From the sequence record NC_027378.1: DNA of 56,776 bases; one strand, 5' to 3'. Shown piece after piece: positions 36,581-45,749 of the stretch. Each line of letters opens with the position of its first letter. The first letter of the stretch is position 1. The stretch comes from Escherichia phage Seurat. The notes under the pieces are model-generated. The model did no database searches and had not been told where the DNA came from. It saw nothing but the letters and a program-made list of their open reading frames with translations. The position numbers were made by a program, and so were the translations under genes.

Positions 36581-37308
36581 TAGTTGATACCTTTCATTTT
36601 GTTGATAACAGAACCTAAGTGTGGGACTTCAACCGCATCTAAACGTCCCGAACGATCCTTAGCGATTGTATTAAAGTCCGGTTGAGTTTGCAAGTAACGA
36701 TATGAGTTACCTTGCTGATCTTTATTTACATTCAGACGAAATACCTCGTCGAAGAAATAAGGGAGCATTTGTCCCAATTTGGACCCAGGCATAGATGGAG
36801 CATACGCGGTAACACCGGAGACTTCATCTTTGTCTTTGCCCATTTTAGCAGACATATAAACATGTTTGCCAGGAATATCGCGAAATTTACGGATCAGATC
36901 TTGCATCTTTTCAAGCAAAGTACCATAAGCTTGACGAGGATCTTTTGTTCCTTTTTTCGCATTGTTTAAACATTGTTCAGCAATTTCGCTCAAGCTGTCA
37001 AGCGCAATAGAATCGAAATACTGCTGGTTAGCTGGAGTTACACACCACTGATAAGCAGCTTCAACGTCCTCCAGACATTTAACTTCGATAACAGGAATGT
37101 CATAAACGATCGGCAATCCCATGTTACCATAAACACGATTAAGGTTTTCCGCTGCAATAGATAACAGACCGGACTCTGCGCTGATCAAAATTGGTTTAGG
37201 TAGTGTGGCTACAAGGCTGGTTTTACCCATACCCGCTTCACCGTAAACCAGAATTTTAACGCCTGTGTCTTGCACTACTTGTGAAGACATTTTAATTTCA
37301 ATGGCCAT
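36580..37308 (-). CDS. RecA-like core ATPase (Sak4-like recombination protein)
   Basis: Walker A VYGEAGMGKTSL; about 240 aa; adjacent to SSB-like and nuclease genes. Confidence 0.6.
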   Translation of the reverse strand: MAIEIKMSSQVVQDTGVKILVYGEAGMGKTSLVATLPKPILISAESGLLSIAAENLNRVYGNMGLPIVYDIPVIEVKCLEDVEAAYQWCVTPANQQYFDSIALDSLSEIAEQCLNNAKKGTKDPRQAYGTLLEKMQDLIRKFRDIPGKHVYMSAKMGKDKDEVSGVTAYAPSMPGSKLGQMLPYFFDEVFRLNVNKDQQGNSYRYLQTQPDFNTIAKDRSGRLDAVEVPHLGSVINKMKGIN

Positions 37309-37373
37309 TTAACGCCTCTCTTTTAAGTTCGTGCTCATTGTAACGTAATATACTTTGAACCCTCAATTACTTT

Positions 37374-38294
37374 TTAATCTAAAGCCTGATCAGTTTCATC
37401 GCGGAAATGCATAAAGTTAGCAAAACGCGGTTTATCTTTAACGCCATGAGGAAAGTGTTTATATGAAATAGTCCGACCTTTAATCTTGTCAGGGTTATTC
37501 CAATAATAAATCTTATCCTCTTGCGTTAATTTACCAGGACTAACGTTGATTGTATTGCCCGTCTTAACGTCTTTACAAACAAGCGTCCCGATCATACCGT
37601 TAGGAACTTTATTTTCCTGATGTGAAGATCGTGTAGTCCTTCCCAGCTCGTTAACAGTAGCTTCATTAAGATTAGTTTCACCCTCAATAATATCGAGGAC
37701 AATAGCGTCTTCCTGAATAAAGCGTTTAATACGAAGATATCCACCTTCTCGAACTGTACCGCGCCCATGCTTGTAAGGCTTGTTTGGATCACGGATAATA
37801 ATACCTTCATAACCCATATCAAGCCAGATGTTTTCCCAGTAGAGCAACTCTTCTAAAGACTTAACCACATACATCGGCACAACTTGCAGGTCGAGCAGTT
37901 CGCCTTTCGCGTGCTGTGTGGTTATAAAATCTTTCATCATGTTGTAGCGTGCTTCATAGCCCAGCTCTGCAACACTTTCCGCGCACAGATCAAAGATGTG
38001 CCATTTCAGGAACGGTTCGCCTTCAATTGTGTTTACCGCACTGGTTGTTTTACGGCACAGATCCGGGTCCGTTTCAACTCCTGCCGCAAGCTCACCATCA
38101 TAGCCCATGTACTGGGGACCGCTGAAAATTGCGCTTGTATGGCGGTTTTTAAACAGCTTTAAGCTGCGCCCTACTATTTGCCCATCCGGATTTAAACCGC
38201 GTACACCGTCGATTTTAGGCAGTATGCAGCACGGAAACTTAATCTTTTCTTCAACCGCGTCAGTTGCTAAATGTGGTTTAAATGCCATTTGCAC
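37374..38294 (-). CDS. ATP-dependent DNA ligase (minimal type)
   Basis: Nucleotidyltransferase motif I LPKIDGVRG, motif IV EGIIIR; 306 aa. Confidence 0.75.
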   Translation of the reverse strand: MQMAFKPHLATDAVEEKIKFPCCILPKIDGVRGLNPDGQIVGRSLKLFKNRHTSAIFSGPQYMGYDGELAAGVETDPDLCRKTTSAVNTIEGEPFLKWHIFDLCAESVAELGYEARYNMMKDFITTQHAKGELLDLQVVPMYVVKSLEELLYWENIWLDMGYEGIIIRDPNKPYKHGRGTVREGGYLRIKRFIQEDAIVLDIIEGETNLNEATVNELGRTTRSSHQENKVPNGMIGTLVCKDVKTGNTINVSPGKLTQEDKIYYWNNPDKIKGRTISYKHFPHGVKDKPRFANFMHFRDETDQALD

Positions 38295-38940
38295 CTCTAT
38301 TCATAAAAGAATGTACGAATTTTAATTTACGAATACGCTCATCGCGTTCTGCAACAGCTTTATCGTCTTCTGAACGAGCAGCCGAACAAACTTTCTCTTT
38401 CATACGAATATTACGACGTAAATGTCCGCTACCCTTTTTAGGTCTGTTTTCCTTTTTCTTTGCTTCGGAAATAAGCTCTTTGCATTCCTGCAAACGGATC
38501 TTGCTTCTTTCCAATCGCATAGCAGAACGCGCACGTTCATCACAAAATCTTTGAGCTTTGCTACGCTGGTCCTGATTACTTGTATGACCTTTAACGTGGC
38601 GAAACTCAATAGTAAGGTTATATTTACGAAGTTGATCGTTCAACCATTTGAAAGCTGTACCTTCCTGTTCGCTTTTCCAGCTTGCCTCTTTATAAACTTT
38701 AATAGCAGTTGAACAATCTGTTTGGACGATTAGATGATCACCCGATTGAATTAAATTAGCTTTTAACCCTTCCCAAATAACATTACAAATCGCCATTGTT
38801 TCGGCGGCATTGTTATCCGGAGCACCGCGTAATGGACCACCGTTAGCATTATTTCCACGGTTACAAACTACCCATCCGCCATAGCCTGCGGCTTTTGTAT
38901 TTGGGCAAAAACTTGCATCAGAAATAATTGTTACTCTCAT
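38278..38940 (-). CDS. rnhA: ribonuclease H (RNase HI-like) with a basic C-terminal extension
   Basis: VTIISDASF...GYGGWVV; NNAAETMAI; LIVQTDCS; RHVKGHTSNQDQRSKAQRFCDERARSA; colinear with E. coli RNase HI motifs. Confidence 0.8.
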   Translation of the reverse strand: MRVTIISDASFCPNTKAAGYGGWVVCNRGNNANGGPLRGAPDNNAAETMAICNVIWEGLKANLIQSGDHLIVQTDCSTAIKVYKEASWKSEQEGTAFKWLNDQLRKYNLTIEFRHVKGHTSNQDQRSKAQRFCDERARSAMRLERSKIRLQECKELISEAKKKENRPKKGSGHLRRNIRMKEKVCSAARSEDDKAVAERDERIRKLKFVHSFMNRGANGI

Positions 38941-38945
38941 TGTTT

Positions 38946-38978
38946 TTCCTTAATAAAAAGGGGTCGAAAGACCCCCTT
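38946..38978 (-). terminator. intrinsic terminator
   Basis: GGGGGTC-tttc-GACCCC followed by TTTTTATTAAGG on the minus strand. Confidence 0.5.
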
Positions 38979-38983
38979 GTAAG

Positions 38984-39214
38984 TTATGCAGGAATAGATT
39001 CTTCCGGTTCTTCAGGGATCACGATTTCAATCTCTTCTTCATTTTGGAAGGTTAGACGGAAACCATCTCCCGGGCGCCCAAAAGCAAAGGTAAGGGCTAT
39101 CGTATTATCCTGCTCGTAATGACAGATACTTTCTACTTTCATTTCGTTACCGTAAAAGTCACGGTAAATCATTCCAGGAAGCGCATCGGTCGCTTTGATC
39201 TTTCTTACAGCCAT
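38984..39214 (-). CDS. hypothetical small acidic protein
   Basis: 76 aa. Confidence 0.4.
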   Translation of the reverse strand: MAVRKIKATDALPGMIYRDFYGNEMKVESICHYEQDNTIALTFAFGRPGDGFRLTFQNEEEIEIVIPEEPEESIPA

Positions 39215-39225
39215 TATTCCCCCGT

Positions 39226-40017
39226 TTACAGTTTGTCTTTGAACTCTTCGATATATTGCTCGATCGGATACTGCTTACGCTTGAAACGATCAAACAAGAT
39301 TTTAGCAGATTCTACGTCTTCGTCGCTCTCTTTACTTGCGCCCGGTGCCATAAAATCACGCCATGTAAAACCGTTCAGATTATGCATCTTAGCGATGTGC
39401 TTGTTGTAACGGCTTTCCCAGTCCACACGCGGACCTTCCATCGTGCGTAAACCGCGCCCAAGCACCTGTACATATAGATCTTTCTGACGTTGTACAGCTT
39501 CACCATTATAAGGTCCGGTTTTAAACTCAACAACACTACCGTTAAGATCTGCACCATCCGCAAAGTTGTGTAGCATAGTTTCAATAACGTCATTCAATGT
39601 TGGAACCGTCACTTTTCCCTGGGCAATACCTGCCAAATAACCGACGTTTTCTTCACCGTACAACTCGATCAGTTCTTTCTTGGTCGCTTCTGCTTCTTTG
39701 TTTGCGGACAAAGCCAACATCTGTTGTTCGAACATGTGTTCCTGTTCCAGGAAGTGAGCATAGCGCTCTTCGTCTACTTTGCACACAATCCATTTATATT
39801 CAACATCCTTGCTGAAGTCCGGATACTGATCTACTTCTACTACTTCCGTAGTAAAGAACTTGCCGTTATATTGAATAACAACTGTATCGCCCGGCTGCAA
39901 TTCGTCACTTTCCAGAGCACGGTATGTATAAAGACGACCACCCGCTTCAAACTTAACTTTGACAGTTACAACGCCTTTTAACAGAGCATGATAAGCTTTC
40001 TGAAATTCTTTACGCAT
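39226..40017 (-). CDS. hypothetical protein
   Basis: 263 aa. Confidence 0.45.
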   Translation of the reverse strand: MRKEFQKAYHALLKGVVTVKVKFEAGGRLYTYRALESDELQPGDTVVIQYNGKFFTTEVVEVDQYPDFSKDVEYKWIVCKVDEERYAHFLEQEHMFEQQMLALSANKEAEATKKELIELYGEENVGYLAGIAQGKVTVPTLNDVIETMLHNFADGADLNGSVVEFKTGPYNGEAVQRQKDLYVQVLGRGLRTMEGPRVDWESRYNKHIAKMHNLNGFTWRDFMAPGASKESDEDVESAKILFDRFKRKQYPIEQYIEEFKDKL

Positions 40018-40058
40018 TTTAGTTTCCTCTTGGGCGGATTGACCGCCCGTTAATGTGG

Positions 40059-40469
40059 TTAGGCTTTATTCGGCACAATTTCCAGAGACGCGGAACCAAC
40101 TTTCGATTCAACGCACTGGTTAAAGACTGCGGCTTGCTCCGCTGTAAGTTTACGCCAAGCCGCAACTTTCAACACAGGTTTATTTTCCACAAGCTGATCA
40201 ACGTTAACACCAACTTTAATCAGATCGCCCAGGATTCCGTTAAGGCTTGGAAGATCAATCTTGCGATCAATCTTGTGTGTCATTTTCATAACCCCGCCAG
40301 TAATTTCAACTTTATTAGTCCCTTCTGATGGAGCAGGGAAATAGGACTTAATAATCTTTTCGCGTAGTGCTCGCTCGCGAGCTTGAAGCTTTTGTAATTC
40401 TGCTTTGGTTTTATACCACTCAATGACATCTGCTTCGGTTGCTTGTACTGCTTTATCTGCGTCGAACAT
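40059..40469 (-). CDS. hypothetical protein
   Basis: Start reset to MFDADKAV... with RBS AGAGGA; about 136 aa. Confidence 0.45.
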   Translation of the reverse strand: MFDADKAVQATEADVIEWYKTKAELQKLQARERALREKIIKSYFPAPSEGTNKVEITGGVMKMTHKIDRKIDLPSLNGILGDLIKVGVNVDQLVENKPVLKVAAWRKLTAEQAAVFNQCVESKVGSASLEIVPNKA

Positions 40470-40493
40470 TTTTCTATCCTCTGTTGTGTTTCG

Positions 40494-40530
40494 ATGTATG
40501 TATAATAGCACATCCATGTGACAGGGCAAG
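40494..40530 (-). promoter_or_regulatory. sigma70-like promoter
   Basis: TTGCCC-N16-TATTAT on the minus strand about 30 nt upstream of the 40469 start. Confidence 0.35.
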
Positions 40531-40710
40531 ACTCAATCTGTATCAATTAATCTTTTTAAACGGATTAGTAATCTAGCAACCTTCCTCCATTCAGCATCCT
40601 CCATTAATGGTGAAGGCTTATATGCTTCAGGTATCGGACAAGGTATATATGGCTCCATGTCAGATATTACTTGCTTTGATAACTTTTTCTTCCGTTTACC
40701 CATAAATAGC

Positions 40711-41298
40711 CTATTTCAAATAGCGGGAAGTCATAATTGGCTGCAAAGACACTTCTTCCTCAGATGTAACCACATTAGCAGACGATCCAGTGGACCCGAA
40801 GCCGTTAGCACCGCGCTCAGTGGTCTTAAGCTCGTCCACTTCTACCAGTTGCACGCTGGGCAGCTTAATAAGCATAGCTTGCGCAATGCGATCACCATGA
40901 TTGACAGTAAAACTACCATCGTTATCAATAGTAATCTTAACCTTAACTTCTCCAGTGTAGTCGCTATCAATGACGCCCACGCAGTTTGCTAGACGCACGT
41001 CGTTTTTGAATCCGTGTCCGCTACGGGAATAGACCATAAGCGCGTAACCTTCAGGAATATCAAACGCTAACCCTGTGCGGAATATGTGCTCGTAAGAGAA
41101 AATAATTTGTTCACATCCATCTTCACTCTTAAGGTCCGCGTGCAGGTCAAAGCAAGCTGCCCCAGCACTGGCAAACGATGGCAGGATTGCGGTGTCTGTT
41201 AAGCGTTTTACCCCGAGAAGAGTTGGCGCAAAGGATGCAGCAGTTACGCTAGAATTAGTTATAGAAATAGTGTGCATATTATTTAATACGTCCGTCAT
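40711..41298 (-). CDS. dut: dUTP diphosphatase
   Basis: Motifs AGAACFDLHA, YSRSGHG, GVIDSDYTGE, GDRIAQ, RGANGFGSTG. Confidence 0.85.
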   Translation of the reverse strand: MTDVLNNMHTISITNSSVTAASFAPTLLGVKRLTDTAILPSFASAGAACFDLHADLKSEDGCEQIIFSYEHIFRTGLAFDIPEGYALMVYSRSGHGFKNDVRLANCVGVIDSDYTGEVKVKITIDNDGSFTVNHGDRIAQAMLIKLPSVQLVEVDELKTTERGANGFGSTGSSANVVTSEEEVSLQPIMTSRYLK

Positions 41299-41307
41299 AA
41301 TTTCACC

Positions 41308-41805
41308 TTATTGGATTGAACCGCGATCAATTAGCCATTGTTTCGCGTGCGCTTTAAAAATAATGCGGTAGTCATCAAGACTAATTTCCGCGCGGATGGA
41401 ATCTTTAACTTCATACCACTGCCATTCACCATTACTGAAGACAACCGGATTAAGTGGTAGAACAACCTTCCATCCTTTACGTTCTATTTTATACATCAGA
41501 ACTGGATATCTGCCAAGCTCTTTAGCAGATTGAACAGTCTGCTTCCACCATGTGTTTACTTGTGGTGTAGCATGGTTTTTTACTTCAACTGCATGGTGAC
41601 ATGTATTGCTAATGTCGCAACCACCGACCGCACTTTGATTCTGGTTACGCTGAGCAATAGGTTTTTCCGGTAACTGCATCCCCAGCTCTGCGTAGATTTC
41701 GGCATAAATTGCATTAAAGAAATCACATACTTCCCGCTCACCGCGTTGACCTTTAGCGCGAATATTTACTGCCATGTTTGTCTCCATAACTTTAATGTAA
41801 AACAC
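41308..41805 (-). CDS. PD-(D/E)xK endonuclease, Hjc-like Holliday junction resolvase (putative)
   Basis: KGQRGEREV...GGCDISN...HAVEVKN pattern. Confidence 0.5.
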   Translation of the reverse strand: MFYIKVMETNMAVNIRAKGQRGEREVCDFFNAIYAEIYAELGMQLPEKPIAQRNQNQSAVGGCDISNTCHHAVEVKNHATPQVNTWWKQTVQSAKELGRYPVLMYKIERKGWKVVLPLNPVVFSNGEWQWYEVKDSIRAEISLDDYRIIFKAHAKQWLIDRGSIQ

Positions 41806-41847
41806 TTCATAAAGAATTTTATATTGAAGTTATGTTGATCGCAAGGA

Positions 41848-41880
41848 ACAAAAAAGCCCAGGCATAAGGATTCCTGGGCT
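41848..41880 (-). terminator. intrinsic terminator
   Basis: AGCCCAGG-aatccttatg-CCTGGGCT followed by TTTTTT on the minus strand. Confidence 0.6.
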
Positions 41881-42192
41881 CTCTTGATTGTCGGATAGCT
41901 TACTTTGACTGCCGTCTTCGTCTACCCTGGCCTACTTGTACAGCCTCGCCAAAGGCTGGTGACGGTTTGGTACATCTGGCGCCGTCTCGTTAAACATCGT
42001 TTACATCGTTCAGTAAGTTGCGGGTTTACCCTGTCCGCTCCAGGAAGCCCAGCGAAAGTAGTTGCTGTAAGGAGGTACAGCTACCGCTTTCAAGGGCTTG
42101 AGTTAAGCATCGTTCACTAAGTTAATGTTGTTAAATTGTTAAACCTCGTTAACTGTGGTTATCTTAAAGGATGCAGTCTTGAATGGCAAGCT

Positions 42193-42510
42193 TCAATTTT
42201 GCGCGGTTCCCTTTGCCGCTTTTGGTGCTAAAGTACCGTCGTCTAACATCAACTCAAAACCTGTTACTTGATCGGTTGGAACAATAGGGTAATTCATAAT
42301 AGCCATGTGGATACGATTCCCTCCGTCACATTCATCGATGTATTCATTACCCCAATAGTATAAATGCCCATCTCTTCGAATATCCATTGCTGTTGGGAAA
42401 TCTACAAGAATTCTTTTGATTTCTTTTCGTCCTTCTTTATGTAGATTAGTTTCAATACGGATAAGCTCCGCATAAATTGCTTCACAGATAGTGTTTACAA
42501 TACTCATCAT
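42193..42510 (-). CDS. hypothetical protein
   Basis: 105 aa. Confidence 0.4.
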   Translation of the reverse strand: MMSIVNTICEAIYAELIRIETNLHKEGRKEIKRILVDFPTAMDIRRDGHLYYWGNEYIDECDGGNRIHMAIMNYPIVPTDQVTGFELMLDDGTLAPKAAKGTAQN

Positions 42511-42704
42511 TTACCCCTTAAGTTTTGAATCATTCTATCACAGGCAGCTTTTACAGAAGAGTTTTGCCAGTCTTCCTCAATTTGTGAAGGTTCTTCAGGT
42601 GAATAAGCAGCACTAATCAAGCACTGATTATAACCTTCAATATAAGCCTGTTTTGCGGTATCTACTATTGATTGTAAAGCGATATTGAATAATTGTTCAG
42701 ACAT
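42507..42704 (-). CDS. hypothetical small protein
   Basis: Start reset to MSEQLFNIALQ... with RBS GAGGTG; the upstream extension in the track is unlikely. Confidence 0.4.
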   Translation of the reverse strand: MSEQLFNIALQSIVDTAKQAYIEGYNQCLISAAYSPEEPSQIEEDWQNSSVKAACDRMIQNLRGK

Positions 42705-42712
42705 TTTACACC

Positions 42713-42787
42713 TCACAAAATATACATAAACCAGAAATAACCAGCTACGAAAATAGCACCCGCAAATAATTTTAAAATCTCGAACAT
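42713..42787 (-). CDS. hydrophobic micro-protein (24 aa), not in the ORF track
   Basis: MFEILKLFAGAIFVAGYFWFMYIL preceded by RBS GGAGGG at 6 nt spacing. Confidence 0.4.
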   Translation of the reverse strand: MFEILKLFAGAIFVAGYFWFMYIL

Positions 42788-42945
42788 TGTTCCCTCCGTT
42801 AACTTTATGCTGTAAGTATAGCAGGACTTGCGATGTATACAACAACTTTAGACTTGAAATACATCTATAAAATAGCACGATTTGCCTTTACCTCTGATCC
42901 GTCTAGCTGTACTATTAACCCATAAACAGAGCGGAGGATTACAAA

Positions 42946-43170
42946 ATGGTCATGCTGAATAAAGTATATAGCACAATGAGCGCGGATTATAAAGTTGTAC
43001 GTCACCCGCGTACTGGTAAATTTGAAGCATATATCCGTCCAATGGGTGAAGGTTGGATGTATTACGGTACTTATGACGACGCTGAGCAAGCTTATGAAGA
43101 AGCGGAAAGTGCGGCGGAAGCATCCGAAATTATGGCAAGGTACGACATCGATGATTACTATCTTAACTAA
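42946..43170 (+). CDS. small acidic protein on the opposite strand within the leftward block
   Basis: 74 aa; RBS GGAGG; own terminator downstream. Confidence 0.5.
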   Translation: MVMLNKVYSTMSADYKVVRHPRTGKFEAYIRPMGEGWMYYGTYDDAEQAYEEAESAAEASEIMARYDIDDYYLN

Positions 43171-43174
43171 TAAT

Positions 43175-43199
43175 AAAGGGCCGAAAGGCCCTTTATTTA
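43175..43199. terminator. bidirectional intrinsic terminator
   Basis: AAAGGGCC-gaaa-GGCCCTTT followed by TTTATTTAT on plus, T-rich on minus. Confidence 0.6.
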
Positions 43200-45539
43200 T
43201 TCCTCTTCACCTAAGTTTGCCATAATTCCTTCAACATCTTGCGTAATGCGCCAAGCTGCCCCAGTAAATCCCAGTTTAATAGTCTCCTCCCGTGTTACCG
43301 GAACAAGTGCACCCATAGCAACCATTTCCTTGATTGTAGACTCGATTGCAGCGGACAATCCGTGATGATAGTTTTTAAACGCGGACTTACTTGCAAGACG
43401 CGTAGTAATATCACCCCGCGTGATAATACCTTCTTTGCGCAAATCTACACGTTTAACTTTGACCCAGTCTTTAGTTAGATAATTCACACAGACCTGACAC
43501 ATAGTACGGATACGAGCTTCATCGTTAGTCCCGATACCGCCGCTATGCCATTCCTTCATAATAATGTCCTGTCCATGTCGCACAAAGTCCAAAGCCCATT
43601 GCACATGATATGTCTGTACCACCGGATTGATCCAGTTTTCCCCAACTGCTAACAGGGCGGATAGACGTAACACCTTCAGGTGAGCACGGTTCCAGGGCTG
43701 ACGGATTGCTTCGTCTTTGGTTGCGTTAATATTACGGTCACATTCGTCGTTAAACTGATCACATAATGCTTCCGCTTCTGGACTAAACTGCACTTCAATA
43801 CTTTGATGCTTTGCCATTGCGACTAAGGTGTGGTTAACAAGATGGCACACCATATCACGCAAATGCTGATCCATTGTAGTCTGCTGGTTCTTGTTTAAAG
43901 GTGGTCGATCACCTTCATAGCGGACAACATGGAAACGGGATAAGAATCCATCCTCCATCATTTCACGGGTTAACGCTTCAAAAAACGTGTCCGGTGTTGT
44001 TTCGCCCATGATGCTATAGGCCACACCTTGTTGAGCTTCCGTATTATTAGCCTTATCAGAATAAGACATACCACCAACAATAGACATCTGACCGGACTTT
44101 TGATAAACATCGGTAAGATCATTCTTGAAGCTTTGCATCGGTGAACCTGCTGGCGCCGTAGCCATTGCTTTAATAATCTTACCAAACTCACCGTTCAAGT
44201 TGATAAAAGATTGTTTGTCTGCAAAAGATTTACGCAGTGCGGAGCCGGAAGCGCATCGGTCAAATGATACAAAGCTATGAATCTGCGGAAACGGTTCCTG
44301 AAGCTGGCTAACTATATTAGATAGACCACTGTTCAACGTTTCTTTACCAACACCAGAACGAGCAATAAGGACAAAATATCCATTAAGACCGGATTGAGGA
44401 ATCTGCCAAACCTTCCCGCATACGCCAGCCATAAATCCTAGTGCTGTCACAATAGAAATTTCTTTCACTGGTCGGACGGATGCCTTGTAGATGTACTTCG
44501 CAAGCTCCCCAGCAAGTCCCGGCGGCCAGTCAATGGCGGTTGCATCAATAGACGTACTTTCTGCAACTACGGTCTGCCCCTGTGTTGTTTCAACAGTTAC
44601 GGGCATTTCCGCTACCTGTTGCATTGCACTGTGTGCCGCTTGCATACGGGCAGCATAATCCCGCGCCAGCGCCGCTACGTTTTCCTGGGCAATGCGCTCA
44701 CGCTCCATGCGACCGCGACACATACGCAAGCAACGGTCAATATGAACATTGTTCTTATTAGCCTTCTCACGTTTGCCCAGTGCGCTATAACGGAACAGAC
44801 GACGACATTGCTCATTACTTTCCGTGTAAAATGCATACATAGAAATAAGGGCAAGGTCTGCTTCAGACTGGGAAGGGAATCCCATTTCAACCCATTCACC
44901 ATTGAATAGGCGTGCATACTTATCTCCGTTGTCCGCTTCAAGTGCACGCTGGTGAATAGTTGCATCGTCTTCTACCGGATCTTTTTCTACCAGTTCAATT
45001 TCATATGTCTTGCGCTGAAGATCAATTTCATTCACAAGCATAGTAAGATAATGATCGCGTTCGGCAACTGGTTTGTTATAGACAGGATTACCCGTGCAGA
45101 TAATAAAACGCTCCTGACTATAAACTTCGACACCATCACGTCGGCGACCTTTACCGATGTTTCCTCTTAACCACAGGTGAACGCCCAAGCCTGAGCGACT
45201 TACTTCGGTGTAAGTGTCGAACGCAGTCATGATCTGTTCGAAGCGACGCAATTGCTCCGGCGTAGTGTGCTTCTTGGGGTCCGGTTCATTGGTTGCGTTC
45301 TTCACATCCAGGTCGATGCAGGTGAACGGGTCTTGTGCAGTAAGCACGAAGCCAATATAAGGTTTATTGAAATGAGCGGCGCAACCTTTGGCAGCTTCAA
45401 ACGTCATAAGCATATCCGGATCGGTAACGTCCGCCGCCATCAAACGTCCAATATCGTTATCCCATACGAGCGGCTTTTTGTCCGTATCGGCGACAGCCCA
45501 TTGTGGGAAAGCTTTAATTTCAGCGGGAAACAGTTCCAT
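43197..45539 (-). CDS. DNA primase-polymerase (AEP-type) fused to a C-terminal helicase/NTPase
   Basis: N-terminal FTCIDLDV and SGLGVHLW primase motifs; PriCT-like SEADLALISMYAFYTE; Walker A LIARSGVGKET. Confidence 0.75.
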   Translation of the reverse strand: MELFPAEIKAFPQWAVADTDKKPLVWDNDIGRLMAADVTDPDMLMTFEAAKGCAAHFNKPYIGFVLTAQDPFTCIDLDVKNATNEPDPKKHTTPEQLRRFEQIMTAFDTYTEVSRSGLGVHLWLRGNIGKGRRRDGVEVYSQERFIICTGNPVYNKPVAERDHYLTMLVNEIDLQRKTYEIELVEKDPVEDDATIHQRALEADNGDKYARLFNGEWVEMGFPSQSEADLALISMYAFYTESNEQCRRLFRYSALGKREKANKNNVHIDRCLRMCRGRMERERIAQENVAALARDYAARMQAAHSAMQQVAEMPVTVETTQGQTVVAESTSIDATAIDWPPGLAGELAKYIYKASVRPVKEISIVTALGFMAGVCGKVWQIPQSGLNGYFVLIARSGVGKETLNSGLSNIVSQLQEPFPQIHSFVSFDRCASGSALRKSFADKQSFINLNGEFGKIIKAMATAPAGSPMQSFKNDLTDVYQKSGQMSIVGGMSYSDKANNTEAQQGVAYSIMGETTPDTFFEALTREMMEDGFLSRFHVVRYEGDRPPLNKNQQTTMDQHLRDMVCHLVNHTLVAMAKHQSIEVQFSPEAEALCDQFNDECDRNINATKDEAIRQPWNRAHLKVLRLSALLAVGENWINPVVQTYHVQWALDFVRHGQDIIMKEWHSGGIGTNDEARIRTMCQVCVNYLTKDWVKVKRVDLRKEGIITRGDITTRLASKSAFKNYHHGLSAAIESTIKEMVAMGALVPVTREETIKLGFTGAAWRITQDVEGIMANLGEEE

Positions 45540-45545
45540 ATTAAA

Positions 45546-45749
45546 TTAAGACCTCCGACGCTTATCGCCTTGCATTGCTATAAGTGCTGGCTCAGCAATT
45601 TCGCGCACGTATACAAATACGTTAGCGATACGAACAGCTCCAGGAAGTATATCTCGATTGCGGCACAACTTATAACGACTAACCCCGAAACGGGCTTCAA
45701 TCTCTGATGTGGTTATATATTTAGCATCAAACTCGTCTTGTGCAGTCAT
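45546..45749 (-). CDS. small helix-turn-helix DNA-binding protein (excisionase/AlpA-like)
   Basis: YITTSEIEARFGVSRYKLCRNRD HTH pattern; RBS AGGAGGAG. Confidence 0.55.
   Translation of the reverse strand: MTAQDEFDAKYITTSEIEARFGVSRYKLCRNRDILPGAVRIANVFVYVREIAEPALIAMQGDKRRRS

Noticed and set aside
40657-40992. 111-aa plus-strand ORF overlapping the dUTPase gene and the upstream intergenic region
   Set aside because: Antisense to a well-supported dUTPase with all five motifs; no RBS.
41905-42120. 71-aa plus-strand ORF in the roughly 300-nt non-coding stretch
   Set aside because: No RBS, Arg/Val-rich improbable product, and it lies on the opposite strand to every neighbouring gene; the region is better explained as non-coding.
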